Positions 39,847-53,350 of a DNA stretch of 64,000 nucleotides are shown one piece after another (positions within the stretch are counted from its first letter, which is position 1; every line of letters starts with the position of its first letter). Under the pieces are notes generated by a model that saw only the letters and a program-made list of their open reading frames with translations, was not told where the DNA came from and made no database searches. The translations under genes were made by a program, and so were the position numbers. Origin of the DNA: Octopus sinensis (lineage: Eukaryota); assembly GCF_006345805.1 (NCBI RefSeq), contig NC_043001.1:65224001-65288000 (forward strand), written 5' to 3'.

Positions 39847-40736
39847 TGTCCTGCACGCGATTGTGCAATGCTCCAAGGTGACTGAACTCTGGGGTTATGT
39901 CGAACACCTGCTGTCGCATTCGAGAAGAGTACAACTGTCGAGCGAATCTGTAATTAAGATAGTTCCGCCGACCTTCCTGAATAGGGAGGAGCGAGCCTGT
40001 TTTCTTTCGGTAGTTGCTATGGCGAAAGAAGTAGTGTGGAAGACGAGAGTAAAAGGAATTGCAACAGGCATGTTTATCTCCAGTCTCAAGCTAATCGACT
40101 TTTTCGTTTTCCACATGAAACGGAAAATAAGGCTGGAGAAGAAATGCCTGTCACAAAGTGTGTTTCGTAAAAGATGGAAGTCTATAGCAAGTATGTTGCG
40201 AGTGAAAGAACCTGTTTAATCGAGAATGTAAAAAAGGATAAAGCAAAGTCTTCAGTGTGAGTATGTGGTTTGTGGGGTCGACCGCGTCCTCTGCTTCATT
40301 TTTTGTTAATCACTCATTCTCATTTAATTGTATATATTTTAATTGTTTGTTTATTCATACGTTTCGTCTCATTCGATACCCTGACCCCCAACGTTTGTTT
40401 TGTCTGTCCCCGTATTGTCCCCTTTTTTTCTCAACTTTATGGTGAATAAAGAAATACTCTCTCTCTCTCCCCTATATTTATCACTATATTCTCTCAACTA
40501 TGCTTATCATGTTCTCACATTCCATTATAATGGAAAATATTTCTTTATAAGACGTAAACCTCTTCGCAATGGAATGTGAGAATAAAGTAAACTAGATGAG
40601 AAATAGGGGCAAATAAAGGTGTATATGTATAAGTGTGTGTATGCGTGTGTGTGTGTCTATGCGTGTGAGTGTGGGTGAAAGATAAAAAGGGATACATACA
40701 TACATACATGCATACATGCATACATGCATACATACA

Positions 40737-40770
<34 letters not shown>

Positions 40771-40888
40771 CGTACATGCATACATACATACATGCATACA
40801 TACATACATACATACATATTTTGTAATGGAAGGCAAGGTTAATGATATCGGAGTAACATCATCTTCCATCACTTTTTCTTGTTCTTTA

Positions 40889-41233
40889 TGTAATTCAGGT
40901 TTTCGGCAGGCGAAGAGAAAAGACTTCAAGCATAAATGCTATTTACAACTGGTTTATTTACAGGAAAGGTGAAATGTGCTGCTCTCAGCTAGCATCTCAA
41001 ACTCCGATAGTGTGGGCGCATAGCCACTGGAGATAGACAGGCAGAAAACTGCCTGCGTTCGTGTTCAGCCAAAGAGGCTGGTCTGAATCGGTTTCCCGTT
41101 TATATAGTTTTCTCCATCGCGAGCCTCGTTGTGATCTCGCGCATGGCAAATAGATGCAGGTGAGGTCTCGCTCCAGTCTCGGAGATGGCAATGGCTGCTG
41201 CGAGATCTCATCAAATATGTTTGTGCCATTACA
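40889..41233 (-). repeat. 3' LTR of the second Gypsy (345 bp)
   Basis: Minus strand TGTAAT...ATTACA (6-bp inverted termini), preceded by the purine tract agtggggagccctt (41234-41247). Confidence 0.85.
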
Positions 41234-41570
41234 AAGGGCTCCCCACTGAGTGCGGAAGTACGAAAACAGAATAATTGGAGCAGGCATGGTACAAAAATGT
41301 GACAAGTCAAATAGAAAATAACTGCAAGAAATATAAATTGGCAGGCACAAAATTTGACAAAATGTTTAATGGTAGAATATTGGAACTGTCCAGTAACACC
41401 AGAAAGCAATTGTCTGTCACAGGAAATACAAAAGAAAATGTCAAATATAAATAATAATGCACAATGCAGCCAGTCTTGGTGACATAGGGTTTGTTTGTGT
41501 TAGGCAGTGGCGACAAAGGTGTAGGTGATGGTGTGGTCAAAGGTGCATGTGCAGGTGGATGTGTAGATGG

Positions 41571-44500
41571 TTATAAAGGATCGAAGGTGGGCGTGTTTGG
41601 GGTGTCATCGAAGGGTGTGGGCACCTCAAAATGAGCCCTTTTAAGTCTGTCGACCGACACGGTCTCTGCCCGACCATTCAAGTCGAGACTAAAAGTTTTG
41701 GGTGTGTGCGATAGCACACGAAATGGTCCTTTATAAGGATAAACGAGAGGTCTTCTGACAGAATCATCCCGAACAAAACATGAGTCCATTTATCAATATC
41801 CGGAGGGACGTGAGAGGGAATAGACTGGTCACACATGGGTGGAAGACTTGAGAAATACGGGCGAAGTCTGGTGACATACGACGTTGGATCAGGAGGCGAT
41901 GAGATGTCTGGCGCTAACATTGTACCAGGGAGTACCAGGGTGGTACTGTAAAGGAGTTCATCAGAGGAGAAACCTAAGTCTGCTTTAACAGCAGTGCAAC
42001 AACCAAGAAGAACGATAGGCAAGAATTCCGTCCAAAACTGCGGATCAGAAGTGGCACGTAGGGCGGCCTTCAATTCCCTGTGAAAACGTTCAGCCATCCC
42101 GTTGGAGGCTAGCGGGTAGCTGGTCGTATGAATGTAATGAACTCCTAGGATTCGTGATAATTCACGAAATAGGGAAACCTCGAACTGGAGTCCGCGATCA
42201 GTGGTTATTTTAGCAGGGACACCAAAGCGAGCAATTCAGTTAGAAATGAAAGCTCCACTATTGGAATGTCCACTATTGGAATGGCCTCTGGCCAACAAGA
42301 GAAATTGATTGACACATGTAAATATGTAAGAGAAACCGCGACTAACAGGCCATGGTCCAACCAGATCAATGAGGACATGGCGAAAGCGAGTCTCCAGAGG
42401 AGAAAACTGTCCAAGAGGAGCACGAATATGCCTGTGGGTTTTAGAACACTGGCATTTTACACAAGAGTGTGCCAACTCGGTGATCATCTAGCACATATTA
42501 GGCCAGAAAAACCGAACCGTAATATGCTTCACCGAGGCAGCGACACCAGGATGTGACAGTGAATGCAAAGCATCAAAAACAGGGCGCTGGTGGTTCTCAG
42601 GTACAAACGGTTTGGGAGAACCAGTAGCTGTGTCCCAAAGAATGGTGCTTTCAGCAGTCGGAAGTGGGAGATAGGCAAATTGGCAGCAGGACAACTTGGT
42701 AGAAGCTAAATCCAAAGTATCCAGTGCTGGCTGATCCTGCGCAATGGCAGTTAAATCGATTGCAGCAGGAGATCAAAGGGAGCACACAGGGAGATGAGAG
42801 AGTGCATCAGCAGGCACGTTCTCTGCTCCAGGTATGTGCTGAATGTCACTCGGGAACTGGGAAATGTAGTCCAGGTGACGAAAAGCACGAGGCGAGAGTT
42901 TGTCCGATTTAGATGAAAGAGCAACCGTAAGAGGCTTGTGATCAGTATAGATCACAAAATGTCGGCCCGCGGATGTTGAAAATGACGAACTGACAGGTAG
43001 ATCGCCAAGAGCTCGCGATCAAACGTACTGTACCGACGTTCAGTTGGCTTTAATTGACGAGAAAAGAACGCCAAAGGTTCAGTCTGATTGTCTACGGTGT
43101 CCTGCTAAACAGGACCAACCGCAGAATCCGATGCATCAACGGTCAAAGAGAGAGGAGCGTCGGGAACTGGATGTGCAAGCAAAGGGACAGAAGCTATTTT
43201 CTTCTTAATAGACTCAAAAGCAGATAACGCTTCATCAGATAAAGCAATAGGAGAATTCTTTTTGTTATCTGCTTTCAACAGCTGAGTCAAAGGAAGTAAC
43301 TTGTCTGCACAATTTCTAACGAATCGTCTGTAAAAATTGACAATGCCCAAAAATTGACGGGGTTGGTGTAGTGAAGTGGGGAGGGGGTGCGATGCGCTGA
43401 ATGGCATCGACTTTGGAAGGGAAATGTTTGATGCCACTCGTGTCAATATGATGTCCTAGAAAGTCAAGAGAAGATTTCCCGAAAACGCACTTGTCAGGAT
43501 TAATACGCACACCATAGACGCGAAGACGCTGAAAAAGCTGAGACAAGTGCCGGAGATGATTGTTACGTGTGTCACTTACAATGAGTATGTCATCGACATA
43601 GGCAAACACAAAATCAAGTCCGCGGACGACTTCGTCAATGAAACGCTGGAACGTACTGGTAGCATTCCGCAAACCAAAACTCATAAATAGAAACTCAAAA
43701 CAACCAAAAGGAGTGGTAATGGCAGTTTCTTGGAATATCGGCTGGGTTGACCGGTATCTGATGATATGTGTGAATGAGGTCAACTTTAGAAAAACTGGTA
43801 CAGCCATAGAGATTTGCTGAAAAATCCTGAAGGTTTTTTCTATAGGATATCTTTCAGGTACCGTGACTGCATTAAGACGCTTATAATCCCTCACTGGGCA
43901 AAAATCAGAATTCCCTTTACGTGCCAAATGAAGGGGAGATGCCTAAGGGCTGGTGGAGGGGCGTATCAGGCCAAGTTGGAGCATGTGCTCAAACTCAGCC
44001 CTAGCCGTTTTTAGTCGGTCAGGTGCAAGCCGCCGCGGGCGCGAAAAAACAGGTGGCCCAGTGGTGGTGATAAAATGGAGGGTCGAGTGCGCGGGTTTTT
44101 GCGAATGAAAAGTATGATCCACTAGATCTGGGAAGGAAGCCAAAAGAGAATGAAAAACGTCTCCAGCGGTGGCAACACAAAATGCCGGGCTAAGAACTGC
44201 ATCGGTAGAACCCCGAGTCGGCGTAGAGAGTGACGTAGAATCGTTGATAAGCCTCTGTTGCCTGACATCTGCCAACAGATTAAAGTGGTTAAAAAAATCA
44301 GCACCCAGAATAGGATGCGGTATGTTAGCTATGACGAAAACCCATTGAAATTCTCGACGAAGATTAATATCCAGGCGTAAAGAAATCTGACCAAAAGTAG
44401 CAATGGAAGACGAGTTGATAGCGTACAAAACAATGGCAGAACGCTTAGGCCTGTCTGTAGTGAGACGAAGAGGCCAAATACTGCAAGAAGAACCGGTGTC

Positions 44501-44605
44501 AACCATGAAGAGTTTCTTAGACACCAAATCTTTGACGAAGAATGCACGATGAATAGAAAAAGAGGAGGAAGTTGACGTGCTCAACTCCTCCGATACTCGT
44601 TTCCC
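41571..44605 (-). pseudogene. pol: Gypsy pol remnant
   Basis: Fragmented ORFs 43943-44584, 43316-43927, 43105-43446, 42773-42955, 42236-42715, 41678-42097 and 41571-41789 are in PR-RT-RH-IN order. Confidence 0.9.
44564..44605 (-). promoter_or_regulatory. -1 frameshift signal of the second Gypsy
   Basis: Minus strand GGGAAAC (44605-44599), 7-nt spacer, then ggaggagttga-gcacg-tcaacttcctcc hairpin. Confidence 0.8.
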
Positions 44606-45150
44606 GAAGACTGAAAACTACAAGGCTGAATACATCTGTGCGCTTCATAGACCGGATTGAGAAGAAGAATCGGTCAAGCGTGACCGGGACCTGCTCCGAT
44701 TCTGACGGTGCGAAGAGTTGGAGCGTCCTCTCCAAAGCGCATCCATTCGGCGCGTTAAGGAATCAAGTCTATCCAAAATATCATCCTGTGAGGACGAAGA
44801 TGCAGCGGAGGCAACATCGGAGCAGGAGCAGACATGGCGAAGTGCTGGCTTGATAGCAAATTCCAAAATCTTGTCAGCCATGGTAGCAAATTGATCCACG
44901 GTGTTGGTACCAACCGCTGTGGCCAAGATAGCTTGCACATTGGGAGGTAGCCGGGAGAAGAAAAGTTTGCGTAAAAGCGAGTTGTCCTCAATCGTGTCAC
45001 TGAGCTCTCGGAGATGCCGTAAAAATTGAGTCGGCACCTAATTCTTCATCTTCCATGAGCTGCTTAAATTTAGACTCCGCGGATTTTGTATTTCAGCGGA
45101 GAACCTCAGATTTGATGCTCTCGTACGTTTTGTCTTCTGTCAGAGGAGAA
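44581..45150 (-). pseudogene. gag: Gypsy gag remnant (N-terminus missing)
   Basis: YESIKSEVLR, EELGD.PTQFLRHL, LFFSRLPPNVQAIL, RSRSRSR, CIQPC..SGNE. Confidence 0.85.
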
Positions 45151-45351
45151 AAGAAATGAACCAAAAAAACCGACAAAAGTGTTGTCGGAAATAATAGCGA
45201 GTGTGCGAGAAGAAAAGAAAATTCATAACAAAATTTATAGAATTGTGTACTGAATGCAAACAAGAAAAAAATTTCGTCGCCAACCTGCTTTTTTTTCTTT
45301 TGTTTCCTTTCAACACACACACAAGAAAAAAAAAGCGAAAAGAAAAACGCT

Positions 45352-46082
45352 GGGATCTTTTCCTTTTGAACGGCAGTTTTCAACACAATTTCTAGTTAAC
45401 TAAACACATTTAAACTTCATATACTGGTAGAATGTGTCAAAATAAAACATTTTGTTCTCTTGGCTTTCTTGAGAAAATTGTAATTTGTAAGTTTAACGTA
45501 GTTTAATTTTTCGAATTTTAACCAATCCCATGGCCTCTATTGAGCTAAAATCATTTGCTGCGTCTAAAACAGACAACATCCTGTCACTAACCCTAACCCT
45601 CACCCTAACCCTAAATTTTAGCCTTTCGTTTTTTTTCTTAATTGTTAAATTAATTTAAGGATAACAATTAAGAAAAAAAAAACGAAAGGCTAAAACGAAA
45701 GCAAAAACTCAAAACAAAAACAAAACGAATAATTTTAGACACACGCGTAACAAATTAATTTAACAATTAAGAAAAAAAAACGAAAGGCTAAAATTTAGGG
45801 TTAGGGTTAGGGTTAGGGTGAGGGTTAGGGTTAGAGTTAGGGTTAGTGACAGGATGTCTCAGTTTTAGACGCAGCAAATGATTTTAGCTCAATAGAGGTT
45901 AAAATAGATTGGTTAAAATTCGAAAAATTAAACTACGTTAAACTTACAAATTACAATTTTCTCAAGAAAGCCAAGAGAAAAAAATGTTTTATTTTGACAC
46001 ATTCTGCCAGTATACGAAGTTTTAAAGTGTTCAGTTAACTAGAAATTGTGTTGAAAACTGCCGATCCAAAGGAAAAGATCCC
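45352..46082. repeat. Fold-back element with about 305/331-bp arms carrying (CCCTAA)n and (TTAGGG)n
   Basis: 45352-45656 is the reverse complement of 45752-46082; termini GGGATC...GATCCC; telomere-like runs at 45587-45614 and 45795-45846. Confidence 0.85.
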
Positions 46083-46229
46083 CGTTTATATAGTTTTCTC
46101 CATCGCGAGCCTCGTTGTGATCTCGCGCATGGCAAATGGATGCAGGTGAGGTCTCGCTCCAGTCTCGGAGATGGCAATGGCTGCCGCGAGAACTCATCCA
46201 ATATGGCGCTGGCTGATTATGCCGCTACA
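46082..46229 (-). repeat. LTR fragment related to 40889-41233
   Basis: Homologous to about 41095-41233 with several substitutions and a 10-bp indel; starts TGTAGC on the minus strand. Confidence 0.75.
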
Positions 46230-46349
46230 CATACATACATGCACACATACATACATACATACATGCATATATGCATACATACATACATACATGCATACAT
46301 ACATACATACATGCATACATACATACATACATACATACATACATACATA

Positions 46350-46754
46350 ATAGAATTTGAAGGTTTAGATACGTATGGAGTATCTCCTTCTCCCATTTGT
46401 AGTTATGTTGTCGCTGGAACTGGCGGTGTCTTGTGTGGTCAGTGGCTAGACCTTGAAAGTTCTGGAACGAAAGACCTCGAGCCGAGGAAAAGTTAGGTTT
46501 TTTTATAAAGAGTTTCTAGGCTCAGCTGAGGTAGAAAACAAGCTGTCACACGTGACCTTATTTGAAGGCTACGATTGGTTGGGTTGCATATTAGTGCGCG
46601 ATAGGGCATGAGACAAATTGCACCAATACCAACCAATCAAAGTAGGGGGACACAACAGGGTCCAAAATGCGGCCAAAGGCTAGCTGTTATCTACTACGTT
46701 CGTATGTATGCATATAATAGAGAGGAAAGGAATTTCACTCAAGTGTACGCTACA
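46350..46754 (-). repeat. LTR-like fragment (promoter-like, CCAAT and TATA-like motifs)
   Basis: Starts TGTAGCG on the minus strand; its first 80 bp recur at 49429-49512; the LTR identity is inferred. Confidence 0.45.
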
Positions 46755-46831
46755 GATACATACATACATACATACATACATACATACATACATACATACA
46801 TACATACATACATACACACATATATACAGTC

Positions 46832-48779
<1,948 letters not shown>

Positions 48780-49392
48780 AACTAAGGGGAAATTGACGTG
48801 ATGTTTAAGTGTGTGAATGTGTTTCATGGTAACTTATTCAGGTACACAATGTGTAATAAGTCATTAAATGTAAAACTCTGAAAATAATGACCCGGAAGTT
48901 GTTGTTCGCAAACAGCATCAGTAACTTTCTTCAGCTGAATACACGTCATTGATTGGTTAAAATTACCTAAATACAACCATTTTAACACGAAATAACTTCT
49001 AAAGTACAAAATTTTGTCAAAAACGTTAAGAGTAAACCTTGTTCTACATGACAAATTCAATCAGTATCCGAAGTTTCAAACTGTTTAGTTAAAAACAATA
49101 CAGGAATTTTCGAAGGGAGGGCAGAAGGTCAGAAGAGTATACAATTTCAGCAGAAAAGGACATAACATTATTTAGAAGGACGCACGTCTTTTCTTGAGGG
49201 GTCACGTGCCTCTTACCCACCCCGAGTCCACCCCTGCATACATGCATGCATACAAACATACCTACCTACCTACCTACCTACCTACCTACCTACATACATA
49301 CATGCATACATACATAAACACATGTATACATGCATATATGTGTGTATATATATGTGTGTGTATATATATATATATGTATATATATGCATGTA

Positions 49393-49740
49393 TGTTCACG
49401 TGGTTGTGTGGTAAGAAGCTTGTTTCCAAAAGGCTAGTTGTTATCTACTACGTTCGTATGTATGAATATATATAATAGAGAGGAGAGGAATTTAACTCAA
49501 GTGTACGCTACATATACATACATACATACATACATACATACATACATACATACATACATACATACATACATACATGCATACACTGTGTGGCACCTTGGGT
49601 AAGTGTCTCCTGCTATAGCCTCGAGCTGACCAAAGCCTTGTGAGCGGATTTGGCAGATTGAAATTGAAAGTATCCCGTCGTATATATGTATGTGTGCGTG
49701 TCTGTGTTTGTCTCCCACCACCGCTTGACAACCGGTGTTT
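49393..49740 (+). mobile_element. tRNA-derived SINE (octopus type), interrupted by 49429-49580
   Basis: Head cgtggttgtgtggtaagaagcttg; body cactgtgtggcaccttggg...gaccaaagccttgtgag; resembles the abundant octopus SINE recalled from memory. Confidence 0.72.
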
Positions 49741-49789
49741 TGCTACAATATAATTCATATATTTTGCATTTAACAGGGCAATTTCTTAT

Positions 49790-50340
49790 GGGATGGCCGA
49801 ATGCTTTCAAGCGACCCATTAGAAATGGATCAGATTCTACAGTAAGTTCTGTAATTCCTCCAAAATTCCTGTGTGTTTAGATCTCTTCACTACCCTTAAA
49901 TGCCAGGCGTGTCTTGGCTAGAATTATTGTCTCGGACCCAACAAACCGCAATATTTCTTGTTTTCCTGCACTTGTTTTTCCAACTCTCTATCAACATGAA
50001 AACATTCCTTGCATAAAATATTGAACTGCAACACAAAATCTTTGTGACCTTGGCTTTGTTCACATCTTTTCATTTTTCCTCTGCTTTTTTGCTCAGTCAT
50101 TAAAGCCTTCCATGTTGGAAAACCTGTCATCGCAGCTTGACATCATGGTACAGTAAAAGCAATAATCTGCACTCTTTGATGGGTTGTACAGGATCCACTT
50201 TCTCAAATGCTGCTCACCATGGTCACAAATAGTATAAAGCATTGAATATTTAAAATGATAACAGTGCCTATCCAGTTTGCCATCACCTTTCTTTATAATG
50301 ATGTCAAGATTCTGTGTTCTGAAACAACATAGGTACATAC
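49790..50340 (-). mobile_element. hAT transposase remnant (N-terminal zinc-finger region)
   Basis: RKWILYNPSKSADYCFYC..EGFND, then ILAKTRLAFKG..NFGGITEL..DPFL, resembling the hAT FLA.Q.LA.RG..GNF..L.EL..DP motif. Confidence 0.68.
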
Positions 50341-51647
50341 TTTACTCTGACAGGAAACTACCTGGCTCAGTCTAGATCCAAAGATAGCTTTTCGCTATCC
50401 ATGTCACTAGGATGCGGTGATTTTTCCCCTTCAATTTCTTGAGTAAACAAATTTCAGTTAATTTAGTCACAGGCATACTAAACCAAGCTGTTTACACATT
50501 CTTCTGATATTCTTACGTCTGGGACAGATAAGTAGGTCTGCAGCCAAGTAAATCAAATGTTAATAGAAAGAGTTCAAGCGATTAACAGCAGATCGAGTAT
50601 TGCAGATCAAGGGCTTCGTTTCCATTAAATTATTTTGCTTCAAAATTATGTTTCCCTTTCACAGGGCCCTACAACGAATAAGAGCCATAAATGGTTTAGA
50701 AAAATGATAGGTTTGAAAAGGAATCGTAATATTTATGGAGCCCTCTTAACTTCAAACAACCATGTAATGATATTTGAGCATACAACTCTACTTTTACTTT
50801 TGTTAATAAAAATGGCGTCTGCAGATTTTACAGTTCAAATCACTTTGTGAGCTAAGAGGGTATTTTGGATTGCAATCTAAACGTGTTGTTTAAAGCGTCA
50901 TAAGTTTATTTTTATGTTTCGACATTTTTTCCGATTTTTAAAAAAATCTACCTACTTACGCTGAAATAATAACTGATGCTCAACAGAAGATAGCTGAAAA
51001 TTATTGGCTATTGAAAATCGCAAAATAGAGTCGAGCAATAAAACCGGCAAGTGTCAGATACTGAATTACTATCATCAATTAAATTCTTTAGCGAACATAA
51101 CACGAAAATAACAATAACAACAAATTGGTAGGTTGACAATGTTGAAAAATAAAGGAAAAAGGAAAGAAAGAAAAAATTAGGTTTAATGGAAAACAAGTCA
51201 TATTTCAAAGTTGAAAGAAAGAAAAACTGTTTTTATCTGTAGAGTGATATTACGCGAAAGAGATAATTTTATAATTAAACGAGTAAATTAAAAATTGAAA
51301 TTTTGAAGACCAAATTGTTATGCATTCTTTCGTTCGTGATGGGATGATAGACAACTCAATGAAGGCATTGTTATTGTTTTACGCGTTTATTTTGCTTAAC
51401 CTGTTACGAACTGTCAATATACAGCGGAGTGATACACATTGTGCGTATCCGCAGCTCATACTGTTTACTAACAAATAGTGCCAATAGTGGGGATGCACTC
51501 ATACATACGCACACCTACGTATACACATAGATATGAATATGTAACACAAATAGTCTTAACTTTCTTTCGTAAATATGACCAGTGTACCAAAACACTCCAC
51601 TGTCGAACAGAATAATGAAATTTAGGGAGTGGCAATATATGTGAATG

Positions 51648-51699
<52 letters not shown>

Positions 51700-51781
51700 C
51701 GTGTGCGTGCAAACGTCTATGTGTATTTTAATTACAAGCACAAAACCCCAAAATTGAGGGTCATCGTAGGGTCAAGCAACT

Positions 51782-51812
<31 letters not shown>
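51782..51812. repeat. (TCTA)n microsatellite, 5' flank of the truncated Tx1
   Basis: Seen directly. Confidence 0.95.
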
Positions 51813-52813
51813 GTCGCGTTGCTCTCAAGCAACTATGCCGTCGACCTTGAGTGACTTCAATACAACCAAAGCATTCTATAGGGGATTAGTGGAGGGGAGG
51901 TACGACCACGAGCTCGGGGCGAACCTGGACGTCGACGAGGAATACCTGACCCGCCTGTTCAGGACGACTTTGAGGCCAGGGCCCATGGACAACTTCCAGA
52001 GATCCCTGGCCTGACAGTGCTACCGAGAAGCGCTACCCGTTTGGGATAAGCTCTACAGACATGGATCGAGAAACACGGGGCCGACCTGCCCGAGATGCGG
52101 TCAGAGCGACGAAACCGATCTGCACGCAGTCGTGCAGTGTCCAACAATCTCCGACCTGTGGGCTTATGTCGAACGACCGCTGTCACGTGTGGGACGAGTC
52201 GGTTTATCAGCAGAGTCTATCGTCAATATTGTCACGCCTCCTTCCTTCAAACGGGAAGGAAGAGCTATTTTCATCATCCTTGTGGATATGGCGAAAGAAT
52301 GTACCTGGTGGACGCGTCTGAAAGGATTGGAGACAAACACTTTCCTCTCTGGTCAATCTCTCATCAACTTTTTCAAGTATCACTTGAAAAGGAAAGTGAG
52401 AGTAGAGAGGCAAGTTTTGTCTAGCGAATGTATAAAAAAAAAGATGGGTGAATGTAGCAAGGATGGCACATATGAATGACGAAGCCACCTTGAGCATAAT
52501 CCTATGAACCCGGAAAATTTAAAACAGAGGGTTACCTACTTGCAAACAAATGTGGTAACATGTAACATCATTGACTGAGGTTACCGTAAGCTTTTCTTCC
52601 CACGGATAAACCTTATCTGCTTCCCACTTTACACTTTACACCATGGCACTGTGATACATGATCCCTATTGATCGTTCTTTTCCCTTTTTTCCCTTTTTTA
52701 CTCTTCTTTCCCTTTTACGATCCCTTTTGATCGAAAACCTAACCCAAAAAGAAAAGCTCTACTTTGTAATCTGTTCCGTCTGTGTGCAGCCCTGTGTGGC
52801 TAAATAAGAAACA

Positions 52814-52815
<2 letters not shown>
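51813..52815 (+). mobile_element. 5'-truncated Tx1-clade LINE (sister family of the (TC)n element)
   Basis: AFYRGLVE, GPMDNFQRSLA.QCYR.ALPV.DKL.RHG, CPRC..ETDLHAVVQC and HLKRKVRVE align with the ORF2 C-terminus of copies 1-3; ends aaataagaaacata then (TCTA)n. Confidence 0.9.

Positions 52816-52902
<87 letters not shown>
52816..52902. repeat. (TCTA)n microsatellite, 3' flank of the truncated Tx1
   Basis: Seen directly. Confidence 0.95.
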
Positions 52903-52904
<2 letters not shown>

Positions 52905-53084
52905 GTCCCTTTTAAGGAATAGCTCTGCTCACTTGCTTTCAATAGGAACCTAGTAAAGGTGGTCTAAACAAAGCTTACCACTACCAAACTGGCCAATGTC
53001 CCGCAGCTGGCGGTTGTTCACTCATGGGGGTGAAATACAAATGTTCAACAAACCGCTGTGTAAAATTATAGACAAATACATCTT

Positions 53085-53350
53085 CGAAAAGATCAAGTCT
53101 TAAGATCACGTGCTGGAATGTAGTTACATTCAAGATATACTAATCGTCAGTGCTGTAATGCATTTTTATACTCGGAATTATCTCGATATAACCTCCATAT
53201 AGTTGTACTCTCAGATACGAGGCTTTCTGATGACGGCCAGTTAGAAGAATTAGGATCTGATTACATTTTATTTTACAAGGGTAGGTCAGACAATCTACGT
53301 CGAGAAGCTGCTGTTGATTTCGCTGTTAAAACGCATTTGATTCAGCATTG
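53085..53350 (+). mobile_element. RTE-clade LINE APE endonuclease fragment
   Basis: LKITCWNV..ELSRYNLHIVVLSDTRLSDDGQLEELGSDYILFYKGR..RREAAVDFAVK. Confidence 0.75.

Larger units (their letters stand above)
31382..40219 (+). pseudogene. Tx1 copy 3 ORF2 remnant (31382-34247 and 39847-40219)
   Basis: APE and RT motifs in shifted frames (ORFs 31665, 31849, 32146, 33098, 33286, 34044, 39863). Confidence 0.9.
29603..40456 (+). mobile_element. L1/Tx1-clade retrotransposon, copy 3 (decayed, interrupted by a Gypsy at 34248-39846)
   Basis: 5' end atcggttgtgttattc; ORF1 and ORF2 remnants; ORF2 resumes at 39847; 3' end AATAAAgaaata followed by (CT)n at 40457-40469. Confidence 0.94.
40889..45290 (-). mobile_element. 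Second Ty3/Gypsy element (CsRn1-like), decayed
   Basis: Minus-strand gag remnant, protease FMVDTGSS, RT YVDD, RNase H YTDHKP, integrase MAERFHR; 3' LTR and PPT present; the 5' boundary is uncertain. Confidence 0.88.

Noticed and set aside
45587-45846. Ancestral telomere-telomere fusion site
   Set aside because: The orientation is CCCTAA then TTAGGG, opposite to a fusion, and the arrays are short and embedded in longer inverted arms.
50805-50855. Possible host first exon (AAAATGGCG...|GTGAGC) and a short hydrophobic ORF near 51340-51475
   Set aside because: Too short, no recognisable homology and no downstream exon; only RNA-seq could rescue it.
53227-53233. CTGATGA as another hammerhead core
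   Set aside because: It lies in RTE coding sequence (SDDG) and I found no matching stems or GAAA-stem III-UH arrangement.
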